A stretch of 64,000 bases of DNA, from the IMG/VR virus record IMGVR_UViG_3300028591_000090, positions 96,001-160,000 of that record; one strand, written 5' to 3'. The notes below the pieces were generated by a model. It saw nothing but the letters and a program-made list of their open reading frames with translations. It had not been told where the DNA came from and did no database searches. Below are positions 1-9,404 of the stretch, one piece after another; positions within the stretch are counted from its first letter, which is position 1, and each line of letters opens with the position of its first letter. This stretch comes from a virus (lineage: Duplodnaviria > Caudoviricetes). The translations under genes were made by a program, and so were the position numbers.

Positions 1-49
1 AGTTACATCTAAACCTCCTCAAAATACCGTATTGGCATCCATAAAATAA
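1..49 (+). CDS. 3' end of an upstream gene (partial, ...VTSKPPQNTVLASIK*)
   Basis: Frame 2 is open from the window edge to TAA at 47-49, just before the next gene. Confidence 0.4.
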   Translation, partial: VTSKPPQNTVLASIK

Positions 50-52
50 TTT

Positions 53-3000
53 TTGAAAATGAATAATGTTATAGAAGGATTTGAACTATTAAATGAAAAG
101 CAAGAAGTTCTAAGTTATATAATATCTCAAATTGAAAAATTGGGACTTAATGACGATCCATTTAAAATTAAAGATGGTAACGTAAATAATGGCAATAATA
201 ATAATCCTAATGATAATAATGCCAATGGTAATAATATTGACAACAACATGAATCAAAACAACGGTTCTGATTCTCAAGATATTAATGATGCTACAAAAGA
301 AGCACAAAGCAATGCAAATCAAGCATTACAACAAGAACAAAACGAATTAAAACAAGAACAGCAAAACCAAGAAGGAGAAGAAAATAATCCTAATGAAGCA
401 GAAAATCAAAATCAAGATAATAATAATGGTAATGAAAATAAATATTGGATAACAAGTGCAGATACTAACTTTAGACCAAAACCAAATACGCCAATTTATT
501 ATTATAATGAAGAATTATATAACAATAACCAACCAACAGATGAAAATCCAATTGGTAACTTTGAAAAAGATTCTAAAACTAATTATAATATAAACGGAGT
601 AGATTACGCAAAATATGAAGAAGATGAAAATGGCAATATAGTAAAACCATTACTTATGTATCCAAGAGAGCAAGCAGAAAAAGTTAATTTTGATGAAAAT
701 GGTGAAGACATTAATGATACAAATTCTTCTGATTGGATAAAAGGAACAGATCCTAATTATTCTCCTACAGATGGTACGATTTTATATAGATATGATGAAG
801 AAATTTTTAATGGAAATGAAGATGAATCAAACGCTCAACCTTTCGGTGCTTTTATTAAAAAAGATAATGATAAATCATACAGAGTCAAACAAAATGATGG
901 TAAACCTCTAATCATAAACAAAGAGCAGTTTATGTATAAAAAATCTGATGCAAAATATAATTCACAATCTATATGGATTCAAGGTGGAGAATCTGATACA
1001 AACCCTAAAAAGAAAAAACCAAGTCAAGCACAACTACTTTATCAATATAATGAGGATATTTATAAAAACAATGGACCAGAATCGCAAGCAAAAAAAATAG
1101 GTTTTTGGATTAACGAAGACAATACTAATTATACCTATAAACCATTCCCTCAAAATGAAATAAAAAAATATTATCAATCTGATTTTACAAATGATAAAAA
1201 AGGAAATAATTTAAATATATTTAAAGAACTTGCTTTATATTATGATGCACCAAATTTGTTTCCAAGCGTAACAGTAGCACAAGCAATAGTAGAATCTGGG
1301 TGGGGTACAGACAAAAACTTTAAATCAAATAATAACTGTTTTAATATTCATGGACATGGTTATAAAAATGTTGTTTCTGGTACAGATACAGATGCTAATG
1401 GTAATCAATATGATACTGATTTTAGAAGATATGAAACTGTAAATGATGCTTTTCTTAACAGAATTAAATTTTTATACGAAAATCCAAGATATAGAGAGAA
1501 TGGAGTTTTTAACGCAAATACACCAGAAGAACAAATACAAGCATTAAAAAAAGCAGGATATTGGCAAGGAGCAAATGGAGAACAATTACTTCTTGATGTA
1601 TTAAGACAAAATAATTTAACAGAATTAGATAGTCAAAGAAATACACAAACCGTAACAGTACAAAAACAAGAAACAATGTATTTGTTAGGTAATAGTGGAA
1701 GCAATGGTGGTAGTGGTAACGGAAACGACTCTAATGGAAATAATAACAATAATAACGATAATCAAAAAAAATTTGATGAATCTACAGAAAGTGAAAGTAT
1801 GGAAATAAACGGATATATCCGTGGAGATAACTTACGATATATTCCAAAAGTCGGTGCTAAAATGTATGTTAAAGATCCAAAAAACGAAAAACAATTAGTA
1901 GAGGCTACAACAGGAACTTTCCAATATAGACAATATGGTAAAAAAGCAGAAAATAATAAAAAAATTCAAATAGAAAATTATCAATTATCAAAGGGTTCTG
2001 CTCAATCTATGCATATTTGGTACAAAAAGACAGATGCTGACGGAATTGGTCAAAAATATGTAAAAAATGAGACATTCCCAATAAAATATGGTCAAGAATC
2101 TGAAAAAATTAGAAATATTCAAAATGTAATATTTACAGATAAAAAATGTATTGATGGTAGATTTGGTCCAGTTATGTTAGATATTTTCTATAGAGTATAT
2201 GGAATCAAAGATACAAAAGGAAATAAGATAAATGCATTATCTCAAGTATATTATAATAAAATTATTGGTAAAATAAACAAAAATGAAGAAAACGAAAACA
2301 GAAATGAAAAAATTTCTGGAGATAATGACAATGGTCTTATGCCACAACAAAACGCAAAATTATATGCTAATAAAGATTGTCCAAGGTATAGTTTAACAAA
2401 TGGTGGTCTTTATCATGGGAAAAATGAATATAAAAACGGAGACTTCGTTGGCTATATGGGTGATGCATCTGATATAATAGAACAAGATGGAGAAAAATAT
2501 TATAGATTCAGAGATAAAAATAATCAAGAGCAAAAAAGTTATATAAAAGCAAAAGATGTTTCTTTTACAAGAAACGAATCTATTGAAGATAATCCAACTT
2601 GGCTTCTGAATAATTTTACTAAAGACCAATTAGAAACATTACGTAATTTAATTTGGTACTATAAAGAAAAGGCAGGAAGAACAGAAGGAAAGGCTGTTGA
2701 TGGTGCATTATATGATATGCAAGATAAAAACAGAAAAGACATTAAAGCACATCTTGGTGCAGATGAAGCAAATGAAATTTCACAAAGACGTTGTTCTTAT
2801 TCTGATATAAACAACGCTTTTAATAAAACAAAAGCAAAAGAAGAAGAAGAGGAAAGAAACAAACCACAAACAATGACATTCTTATTAGAAAGAAAAGATA
2901 GAATGAGAACATCTTACAATAGAATGGCTGGTGCTATACTTGGTGAAATATCATTAAACGGAGAGAAAACTTTGTTTTATACTATGGAAAAAAGTAATGT

Positions 3001-3433
3001 GTTGGTTAAACCTGGCAAATATCAAATTATATTAGAAACAAGTCCAGATAGAAACTTACACGTTAATACAGACAAAAAGAACGCTGATTATACTCCAATC
3101 GGTAACGGTGAAGTTGAATATGGAGAATACGTTTATGGTAACGATGAAAAAATAAAAAGAAGAGACAAAAACGGATACATCAGAGTTCCTTTATTAAAAA
3201 ATGTTCAAGGTAGAGAAGGTATACAAATACACCCAGGAAAAGATTTAGGGTGGACAAAAGGTTGTATATTAATTTCAAAAAGAAGTGCAGGATATACTGG
3301 ATTTAATTGGTCTGATTCTGTTAATGCATACCATGAATTTTGGAATATGATAAGAAAAGACTTTGATGATAATTTCAACCCTATAAAAGGTGCAGAAGTA
3401 TGGATTGAAATAAAAAATAATTTTAAACAATAA
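53..3433 (+). CDS. Multidomain peptidoglycan hydrolase: Asn/Gln-rich N-terminus, repeated modules, GH73 glucosaminidase domain and C-terminal DUF5675-like (L,D-peptidase-like) domain; ATG start probably at 59
   Basis: GH73 motifs SVTVAQAIVESGWG, NNCFNIHG, FRRY, QALKKAGY; C-terminal PGKY...VPLLKNVQGREGIQIHPG...TKGCILI (His...Cys pair). Confidence 0.8.
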   Translation: MKMNNVIEGFELLNEKQEVLSYIISQIEKLGLNDDPFKIKDGNVNNGNNNNPNDNNANGNNIDNNMNQNNGSDSQDINDATKEAQSNANQALQQEQNELKQEQQNQEGEENNPNEAENQNQDNNNGNENKYWITSADTNFRPKPNTPIYYYNEELYNNNQPTDENPIGNFEKDSKTNYNINGVDYAKYEEDENGNIVKPLLMYPREQAEKVNFDENGEDINDTNSSDWIKGTDPNYSPTDGTILYRYDEEIFNGNEDESNAQPFGAFIKKDNDKSYRVKQNDGKPLIINKEQFMYKKSDAKYNSQSIWIQGGESDTNPKKKKPSQAQLLYQYNEDIYKNNGPESQAKKIGFWINEDNTNYTYKPFPQNEIKKYYQSDFTNDKKGNNLNIFKELALYYDAPNLFPSVTVAQAIVESGWGTDKNFKSNNNCFNIHGHGYKNVVSGTDTDANGNQYDTDFRRYETVNDAFLNRIKFLYENPRYRENGVFNANTPEEQIQALKKAGYWQGANGEQLLLDVLRQNNLTELDSQRNTQTVTVQKQETMYLLGNSGSNGGSGNGNDSNGNNNNNNDNQKKFDESTESESMEINGYIRGDNLRYIPKVGAKMYVKDPKNEKQLVEATTGTFQYRQYGKKAENNKKIQIENYQLSKGSAQSMHIWYKKTDADGIGQKYVKNETFPIKYGQESEKIRNIQNVIFTDKKCIDGRFGPVMLDIFYRVYGIKDTKGNKINALSQVYYNKIIGKINKNEENENRNEKISGDNDNGLMPQQNAKLYANKDCPRYSLTNGGLYHGKNEYKNGDFVGYMGDASDIIEQDGEKYYRFRDKNNQEQKSYIKAKDVSFTRNESIEDNPTWLLNNFTKDQLETLRNLIWYYKEKAGRTEGKAVDGALYDMQDKNRKDIKAHLGADEANEISQRRCSYSDINNAFNKTKAKEEEEERNKPQTMTFLLERKDRMRTSYNRMAGAILGEISLNGEKTLFYTMEKSNVLVKPGKYQIILETSPDRNLHVNTDKKNADYTPIGNGEVEYGEYVYGNDEKIKRRDKNGYIRVPLLKNVQGREGIQIHPGKDLGWTKGCILISKRSAGYTGFNWSDSVNAYHEFWNMIRKDFDDNFNPIKGAEVWIEIKNNFKQ

Positions 3434-3434
3434 C

Positions 3435-3467
3435 AAAAAAGGCTGTTATTTTTAACAGCCTTTTTTT
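3435..3467. terminator. Bidirectional intrinsic terminator between convergent genes
   Basis: AAAAAAGGCTGTTA-tttt-TAACAGCCTTTTTT perfect inverted repeat with A/T tails. Confidence 0.9.
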
Positions 3468-4006
3468 TACAACATAAAATAAGACATTAATTGAAATGTT
3501 GTTGCCATTGTCATTACATCATTATAATGACCTTTCATTATATCATAATAAGGCACTCTAACCATTCTATCGTTATCTTCAAGTTTAACTTTAACTTCAT
3601 CGTCTTGAATCAATCCAGTTAAATTAAAAGCATAACTTGTTGGTTCTGATTTGAATAATGATATATTTACATCTGTTTCTCCCAAAAAGAAGATTCTATC
3701 TTTTTCAATTCTTGTTGTAGGAATACTAAAATATTTTGATATGAATAATCTTATTACATCTATGTTTGAATCAAAATTGTACGGAGATATATCCAATACT
3801 GTTGTTTTTAATTTTTCAAACATATCTGTATATTCGTGTAAGAACAGATATTGAATATTGGTATTTTGAGCGTTCATAACAAACGGCAAAATGAAAATAG
3901 GTGGAGCAACATCTACTATAGCATTAGATTCACCCCTTGAAAAATATGTAAGACGTGGACTTATCTTTTTTGATTCTATGGACGTATCTATAATATTATT
4001 GTTCAT
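3467..4006 (-). CDS. Hypothetical protein (possibly a degenerate Nudix-like fold)
   Basis: 179-aa ORF; IFILPF strand and overall layout resemble Nudix proteins but no Nudix box is present. Confidence 0.55.
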   Translation of the reverse strand: MNNNIIDTSIESKKISPRLTYFSRGESNAIVDVAPPIFILPFVMNAQNTNIQYLFLHEYTDMFEKLKTTVLDISPYNFDSNIDVIRLFISKYFSIPTTRIEKDRIFFLGETDVNISLFKSEPTSYAFNLTGLIQDDEVKVKLEDNDRMVRVPYYDIMKGHYNDVMTMATTFQLMSYFML

Positions 4007-4622
4007 CTACCGAAATCTCTTTTTCTTTATTTATTTTTGTTTCCGGCTCGAATTGCTCTTTAAGAGAATTCATTATATCATCTACCTTTAAATTAGATAG
4101 AATATATTCTCCCAAATCACTTAAAAATTTCTTTTTATCGTCTGCATTATTATACATTACAGTCAATAATTCAGAAGCAGGAAGTTCAATATTCAAAGAC
4201 AAATCAAAATCTCTCTTTGTTTTCTTAAATCCAGCAAATATATCTGTTTTAGTCTCTGTTTTTACCTCCACCTTTGGTTGTTCTACTGTTTTCTTTCCTA
4301 AAATTTCCTCTGGTGTTTTTATTTCTCCTTGTTTTTTATTATTCAAGCCCAAATCCATTGCATCGGCACTAAAATCAATGTCCGTTGGGTCTAAATAATA
4401 ATCTATTCTTGATAATGGTACTGGAACACCAGATGACATATTAAGCACAACACCACCATAGTTTTCACTTTCATAAACACCCATACAACGAACAGGGTCT
4501 CCTATTTTAATTGGCATTGGCGAATCTGGAGCGACTTTCCAACGGAAATTTTTCCCCATATACTGTTTTTTTAATAAAGATAAATCCATTCTATGTAATA
4601 TTTTTTGAATTAGTTTCCACAT
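3996..4622 (-). CDS. Hypothetical protein
   Basis: 208-aa ORF overlapping both neighbours, operon-like packing. Confidence 0.7.
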   Translation of the reverse strand: MWKLIQKILHRMDLSLLKKQYMGKNFRWKVAPDSPMPIKIGDPVRCMGVYESENYGGVVLNMSSGVPVPLSRIDYYLDPTDIDFSADAMDLGLNNKKQGEIKTPEEILGKKTVEQPKVEVKTETKTDIFAGFKKTKRDFDLSLNIELPASELLTVMYNNADDKKKFLSDLGEYILSNLKVDDIMNSLKEQFEPETKINKEKEISVDEQ

Positions 4623-5989
4623 TGTAATTTTTTGTATTCTGCTTTTCTTTCATTCATCATTCGTTTATATTCAAATCTTTTATCCAAATATCTTGTAAAC
4701 ATTCTTGCTGTTACAGATTGTTTTGATGTATCAAATATTGTTCCTACTGCTGTCTTAACATATTGTTTTCCAACACATTTTGATTCATCTCTACCAAGAT
4801 ATGCCTCAGGTGAAATATCGAATTGTATACCAAGAGAGATATACATTGCTCTAAAATCAAACGAACCGATGTTTTTCTTAAATCCTTTTTCTGGCTCTTT
4901 TATGTAAGCACCCTCATAAGTATCTATTTTTTTATTATTTGAACCTTTTTGTACTGGAAAATATAATCCATCTTTTGCAAATTCTCTACAATATATCAAG
5001 TTAGATACATATACATTCGAGAATATCTTACTTATTTCTACTTGAGAAATCGTACATAAAGACGCTATAGCCTCCGATATTAACAAGGTTTCATTAATAT
5101 ATTTAACGAGACAACTATCAATTATGTTATAAAGCATAAAACGATATTCGTCTTGCATAAATTCTTTCATTGTATTATACGGATTTTCCAATTTATCCAA
5201 TCCAAATAGATAATTTGACACCGTACCCAATTTGAAATTTTCAAGTTTCTCTATAAATCTAAACTCTTTTGTTGCCTCACAAAAATCAACAATACCTAAA
5301 TGAGTAGGAATATGATATTGACCTTGCGTCGTCATTGTTGGCATTCTACCTAATAAATTAACACCTAATTTTACACAACGATTATAAATATAAGTCCAAT
5401 CATATTCAACGACTTTCCAGCCTGCTATAAATCCAAGTTTAGGTAACACAGCATTGGCAAAGAAATTAAGCATATCTCCCTCTATTGGGAATCTTCTAAA
5501 AAAGATTGAAAACTTTGCATTAAATTGTTTAAAATACTCATTTAATTCTTTTTCAAGAGATTTCATTTCCTCTATTGATAACTGCTTTAAAGTGCTTAAT
5601 ATTATCACATTATCATTATTAACAATAGAGATTGTATTTATAGGATATTCTGCTAAATTTGCTTCTGTAAATTCACCACTATCTGGAACATCGTTTTCTA
5701 TGTCAAGATAAGTAATACGTGGCATATTACGAGCATATATCTTATCGTGAAATTCTCCCTTAAAATATTTTAATAGTAATTCTTCTATTCTATATCGTGT
5801 TAATGATTGTGTTGCAATAGGCATAATACTATTGCCATTCCACGATTTATAATTCGTTGGTTTATCAGAATCATACCAATTAAACATTTCTCCGTCTGGT
5901 AAATTCAACTGCAATAATTCAAGTTTACCTTCTTCGTTATAGAAAGAAACCCTCATTATTTTATCAACTATATCACAACCAACAAGCAT
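4610..5989 (-). CDS. Family B DNA polymerase, N-terminal half only (3'-5' exonuclease plus motif A), gp43A-like
   Basis: ExoI YLDIEN, ExoII-like GWKVVEYD, ExoIII YNIID, YEGAYIKEP, motif A SFDFRAMYISL...DISPE; stops in the first finger helix; ATG at 5989 lies just downstream of a promoter. Confidence 0.85.
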   Translation of the reverse strand: MLVGCDIVDKIMRVSFYNEEGKLELLQLNLPDGEMFNWYDSDKPTNYKSWNGNSIMPIATQSLTRYRIEELLLKYFKGEFHDKIYARNMPRITYLDIENDVPDSGEFTEANLAEYPINTISIVNNDNVIILSTLKQLSIEEMKSLEKELNEYFKQFNAKFSIFFRRFPIEGDMLNFFANAVLPKLGFIAGWKVVEYDWTYIYNRCVKLGVNLLGRMPTMTTQGQYHIPTHLGIVDFCEATKEFRFIEKLENFKLGTVSNYLFGLDKLENPYNTMKEFMQDEYRFMLYNIIDSCLVKYINETLLISEAIASLCTISQVEISKIFSNVYVSNLIYCREFAKDGLYFPVQKGSNNKKIDTYEGAYIKEPEKGFKKNIGSFDFRAMYISLGIQFDISPEAYLGRDESKCVGKQYVKTAVGTIFDTSKQSVTARMFTRYLDKRFEYKRMMNERKAEYKKLQCGN

Positions 5990-6004
5990 AATTATTTTTT
6001 TTCG

Positions 6005-6035
6005 CAAAAATAAAAAAGAAAGTTGACATTTCAAA
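6005..6035 (-). promoter_or_regulatory. Bacteroidota-type sigma70 promoter for the polB fragment
   Basis: Minus strand TTTG (6035-6032), 19-nt spacer, TATTTTTG (6012-6005). Confidence 0.75.
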
Positions 6036-6055
6036 GAAAAACATCAACTTTCTTT
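6015..6055. repeat. Perfect 12-bp inverted repeat (terminator or operator) overlapping the polB promoter
   Basis: AAAGAAAGTTGA (6015-6026) N17 TCAACTTTCTTT (6044-6055); followed by a T-run on the minus strand. Confidence 0.7.
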
Positions 6056-6084
6056 CAAATAACCTTTTAAAATAATTTTTAAAA

Positions 6085-6561
6085 TTATTCTTTTCTTGTA
6101 ATTCCTGCCTCTTCTGGAGTAATATCTTGAGCAGGAGTATTATTTTTCTTGCTATCTTCAAGTTGTTTGATTGCCAAATAACTTGCTTCAAGAACATTAA
6201 CGGCAACTTCACCGTATTTTTTACGCATATTGAACAAAGGTACAAATGGATTTGATTCAATATTGATTTTCTCTTTTTCAGAATCAAAAGATACTGCACT
6301 CAAAGCCATTTCAATCAACAATAATTGTGATTTTTCGTCCATAAGAGCAAATGCATCCTCATAGATAAAAACTTGCACCATATCTTCTTTTTGTGCGATA
6401 AATTCAGTTGCTGCTGACGCTTTACTTACTTTTATCATATCCTTTGCTTTTGTTAAAGACATAACACGTAAATTAAGTCCATAACTTTCAAGCCCGGTCT
6501 TTGCAAACTGGTCTTCAACCATCTTTACAATATCCTCATCTGTTTCGTAAATTTTTCCCAT
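6085..6561 (-). CDS. Phage metallopeptidase-like protein lacking HExxH
   Basis: DMVQVFIYEDAFALMDEKSQLLLIEMALSAV matches the layout of phage metallopeptidase helices but has no His ligands; ATG at 6561. Confidence 0.5.
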   Translation of the reverse strand: MGKIYETDEDIVKMVEDQFAKTGLESYGLNLRVMSLTKAKDMIKVSKASAATEFIAQKEDMVQVFIYEDAFALMDEKSQLLLIEMALSAVSFDSEKEKINIESNPFVPLFNMRKKYGEVAVNVLEASYLAIKQLEDSKKNNTPAQDITPEEAGITRKE

Positions 6562-6587
6562 AATCAAATAACTTTTAATTAACTCGG

Positions 6588-6619
6588 CAAAAATAATACA
6601 AAAATATCAAAAAAGCAAA
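6588..6619 (-). promoter_or_regulatory. Bacteroidota-type promoter
   Basis: Minus strand TTTG (6619-6616), 20-nt spacer, TATTTTTG (6595-6588). Confidence 0.7.
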
Positions 6620-6620
6620 A

Positions 6621-7202
6621 TTATTGAGGATTATTTTCTTCTTCTCCGATTTCTTCACCTCTAAACATTGCTCTATCAAACAAATCAAACATTTTTAATA
6701 GAACATTATAGTATTCAAGAGTTTTCTTCAAAGATTTCTTATAAACATCAACTAATTGTTGTGGTAAATTTGCTATCGTATTACCAGAATAAGCATAATA
6801 TAATTTCTTCAAATCTTCTTTTGAAATAGAATCATTACCCAACCATTGTGTTATAACAGAATACTTTTCACGATATAATTCACTAAAGCCAAACCAATTG
6901 ATAATGTCTTTTAATTGTTGACACAAATAAGTAGGATCGTCATTTGCCAAAATATTATCTATTCTACTAATATAATCCTCATATTTACGTATCTTTTGGA
7001 TTGTTTCATTAAAAATGGTGTAATAGTATTTAATTGATTCGTCTGGTATCACCACATTTCCGTGAGGTGTCATAAACTGTACACCATTACCCTTAATGAT
7101 AACTCTCATTTGAGAATTATTCATACCATCTTTAATCATTTGCTTTACACCTTGTAAATCAAGTGAACGAGCCTCTTCCTCTCTTTCTGCTTTTGTTGAC
7201 AT
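6621..7202 (-). CDS. Hypothetical protein
   Basis: 193-aa ORF in operon with the sigma factor gene. Confidence 0.7.
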   Translation of the reverse strand: MSTKAEREEEARSLDLQGVKQMIKDGMNNSQMRVIIKGNGVQFMTPHGNVVIPDESIKYYYTIFNETIQKIRKYEDYISRIDNILANDDPTYLCQQLKDIINWFGFSELYREKYSVITQWLGNDSISKEDLKKLYYAYSGNTIANLPQQLVDVYKKSLKKTLEYYNVLLKMFDLFDRAMFRGEEIGEEENNPQ

Positions 7203-7208
7203 TCTAAA

Positions 7209-7700
7209 TTATTTTTTCTCCGATTCGGTTTCTTCTTTTTCTGCCTTTTCTGCTTCTGCTTTAATTTTCTCCAACTTTTGTTTTCTATGGCTAATATCAG
7301 CAGAGATAATCATTTTAATTATTTCAGCTAAAAGGTTTTCTGTATAAGTAATAACCTCTTCGTTATTATTTAGTGATTCAATCAGTTTACTTCCAAATTG
7401 TCTTATCATTGCAACCATATCTTCGGCAGCAATAAACACATCTTCTTTACCAATTTCATTCACTTTATCTACCGTTCTTAATTGAACTTGCAATTCTTCT
7501 GCTTTTTCATTAAAACTTTTGTCTGGAACAAGATTTTTTACCATTCCTTTCCAATCACAATTACTACAAACAGCAGTATTAACATCATCAGAAAAATTAT
7601 TTTCGTCTGTTGCAATTACTCCTTTAGCTGTTAAAACAACATTTTTACTTCCACATTTAGGACAATTCGTATGTCTTAAATACCATTCATTTCTTTTCAT
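7209..7700 (-). CDS. Zinc-ribbon protein
   Basis: CPKC...CSNC pair, C-terminal charged helix. Confidence 0.65.
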   Translation of the reverse strand: MKRNEWYLRHTNCPKCGSKNVVLTAKGVIATDENNFSDDVNTAVCSNCDWKGMVKNLVPDKSFNEKAEELQVQLRTVDKVNEIGKEDVFIAAEDMVAMIRQFGSKLIESLNNNEEVITYTENLLAEIIKMIISADISHRKQKLEKIKAEAEKAEKEETESEKK

Positions 7701-7715
7701 TTTAAATATATTTTT

Positions 7716-8222
7716 TTAAATACTTTCTTTTAATAGATATTTTTTCGCAATATTCTTCGATTTCATATAATCAACCCTTACTGTATTTACATTCATATTA
7801 TATTCTTCCGAAATCTCCTTATGCTTGTAATTTTCTATTGCGTAAAGTTTGAATACGTCACAACAAACCTTGCTTTCTGATTCTATAGAACTTGTAATGT
7901 ATTGTTTCAAATCGTTATATTGGAACTCATCAAAATCTGTTGAATATTCTCTCAACGATTCATAACAATCATCTATATCTTCTTCTTTCTTTTTATACTT
8001 GTTGTGCCTAATATAATCTATTGTATTGTTTATTGCTATTCTTGTAATATAAGTTTTACAAGATTTCAAATCTATTTTATCCAACACTTTAGATATTTTC
8101 AGAAACGCATCTTGAGCACAATCCTCTGCGTCTTCTACATTTTTTGTATACTTCAAACAAACATTTTTTATATACGACCAATATTTTTCATATAACAAAT
8201 TCAACTTATCATTATTATTCAT
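7716..8222 (-). CDS. ECF-type (sigma70 family) RNA polymerase sigma factor
   Basis: Region 2 DAEDCAQDAFLKI...ITRIAINNTIDYIR; region 4 VFKLYAIENYKHKEISEEYNMNVNTVRV; ATG at 8222. Confidence 0.85.
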   Translation of the reverse strand: MNNNDKLNLLYEKYWSYIKNVCLKYTKNVEDAEDCAQDAFLKISKVLDKIDLKSCKTYITRIAINNTIDYIRHNKYKKKEEDIDDCYESLREYSTDFDEFQYNDLKQYITSSIESESKVCCDVFKLYAIENYKHKEISEEYNMNVNTVRVDYMKSKNIAKKYLLKESI

Positions 8223-8246
8223 CAGAAAATCATTATTTCTGCAACG

Positions 8247-8254
8247 CAAAGATA
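8247..8254 (-). promoter_or_regulatory. Bacteroidota -7 box upstream of the sigma gene
   Basis: TATCTTTG on the minus strand, 24 nt before the ATG. Confidence 0.65.
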
Positions 8255-8274
8255 CCAAAAAATAAAAAAAATAC

Positions 8275-8280
8275 TAAATA
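8275..8280 (+). promoter_or_regulatory. Candidate T4-like late promoter (TAAATA)
   Basis: TAAATA 22 nt before the neck gene; the same motif recurs at similar spacing before other structural genes. Confidence 0.5.
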
Positions 8281-8302
8281 ATAGAAAAGAGCATTATTTA
8301 CT

Positions 8303-9037
8303 ATGACTTTGAAAGAATTAGAAACCGATGTAATGAATGAAATCACCTTTAGTGGTGCACTTCCTTTCAAACTTCCAATGAAAGAACTTGAACGTATTAT
8401 AACAAATGCAAAAAGATATTTTTACGACTATTGGAGATATGGACTTGAAAAAACACATATAATTATTCCATTAGACGTTTTCAAGTCACCTCTATATGAG
8501 AAACAACACGGTATTTTCTTACCAGAATGTATTCAATATGTTACAGCGTGTGAAGAATGCAAAGGTAGTTCTATTTTTGGCTCTATTGATAGAGATTTAG
8601 GAGACCAGAAATTCGTTGGTTCTGAACTATTCCTAACACCTTTTATGGGAGAAGCGTTAGTATATAGATTAGCAATGTTTTCGTTTCTTGACTTGACAAA
8701 AAACCTGACTATTTCTACTTTGTCATACGATTACAATAACGGTTCACATTTCTTGAGAATATTAGGTAGAAGTCCAAAAGTAAATGTACACCTTGCTGTT
8801 TCAAAAAGAGTAGAAGATGAATACTTATATAACCTTGAAATATTCCAAAGATATGTCCGTGCAAAAGCAAAGATAAGAACGCAAGAAATGTTATCTATTC
8901 TTGATTTTAATCTTCCTGGTGAATTTAAATATAACTATTCAGAAATGGCAAATTTTGCAAAAGACGAAATGACACAACTTGAAGAAACCATAAAAGGTGA
9001 AAACGTGAACGATTTCATTATTATGACAAATTATTAA
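8303..9037 (+). CDS. Neck / head-tail adaptor protein (T4 gp13-like)
   Basis: Size and motifs ELERIITNAKRYFYDY, QRYVRAKAK, FNLPG...NY...A.DE..QLEE typical of gp13-like proteins. Confidence 0.7.
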   Translation: MTLKELETDVMNEITFSGALPFKLPMKELERIITNAKRYFYDYWRYGLEKTHIIIPLDVFKSPLYEKQHGIFLPECIQYVTACEECKGSSIFGSIDRDLGDQKFVGSELFLTPFMGEALVYRLAMFSFLDLTKNLTISTLSYDYNNGSHFLRILGRSPKVNVHLAVSKRVEDEYLYNLEIFQRYVRAKAKIRTQEMLSILDFNLPGEFKYNYSEMANFAKDEMTQLEETIKGENVNDFIIMTNY

Positions 9038-9041
9038 TATT

Positions 9042-9401
9042 ATGAAAGATTTTTATTTCAGAAATGAACAAGACCCCAATTATCTGCCTGATATATTAGA
9101 AACATCAGACACTATAGAATGTTTAATTACTCAAATAAGAATGTGTTTAGAAACAAAAAATGGTGATGTTTTGGGTGCTTATTATTTTGGTGTTGGTTTT
9201 GATGAATTATTATTCAAACAAAATATCGACTTGAATAATTTATGCAGAAGAGTTAAAACTCACATAAAAGAATATAGTTTGGTTTCTCACGATTTTGTCG
9301 TTGATTGTGGAGCAAAAACAATATACAACGATTCGTATAGAGAAGACGCTATTTTAGATATATCAATCAACGGACAATCAATTTTAGGTTACGCAATGTA
9401 A
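9042..9401 (+). CDS. Baseplate wedge / sheath initiator (gp25-like)
   Basis: QIRMCLETKNGDVLG...FGVG..ELLF matches the gp25/GPW signature. Confidence 0.7.
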   Translation: MKDFYFRNEQDPNYLPDILETSDTIECLITQIRMCLETKNGDVLGAYYFGVGFDELLFKQNIDLNNLCRRVKTHIKEYSLVSHDFVVDCGAKTIYNDSYREDAILDISINGQSILGYAM

Positions 9402-9404
9402 CAA

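Noticed and set aside
180-440. AAT-rich tandem repeats
   Set aside because: Asn/Gln low-complexity coding linker, not a separate DNA element.
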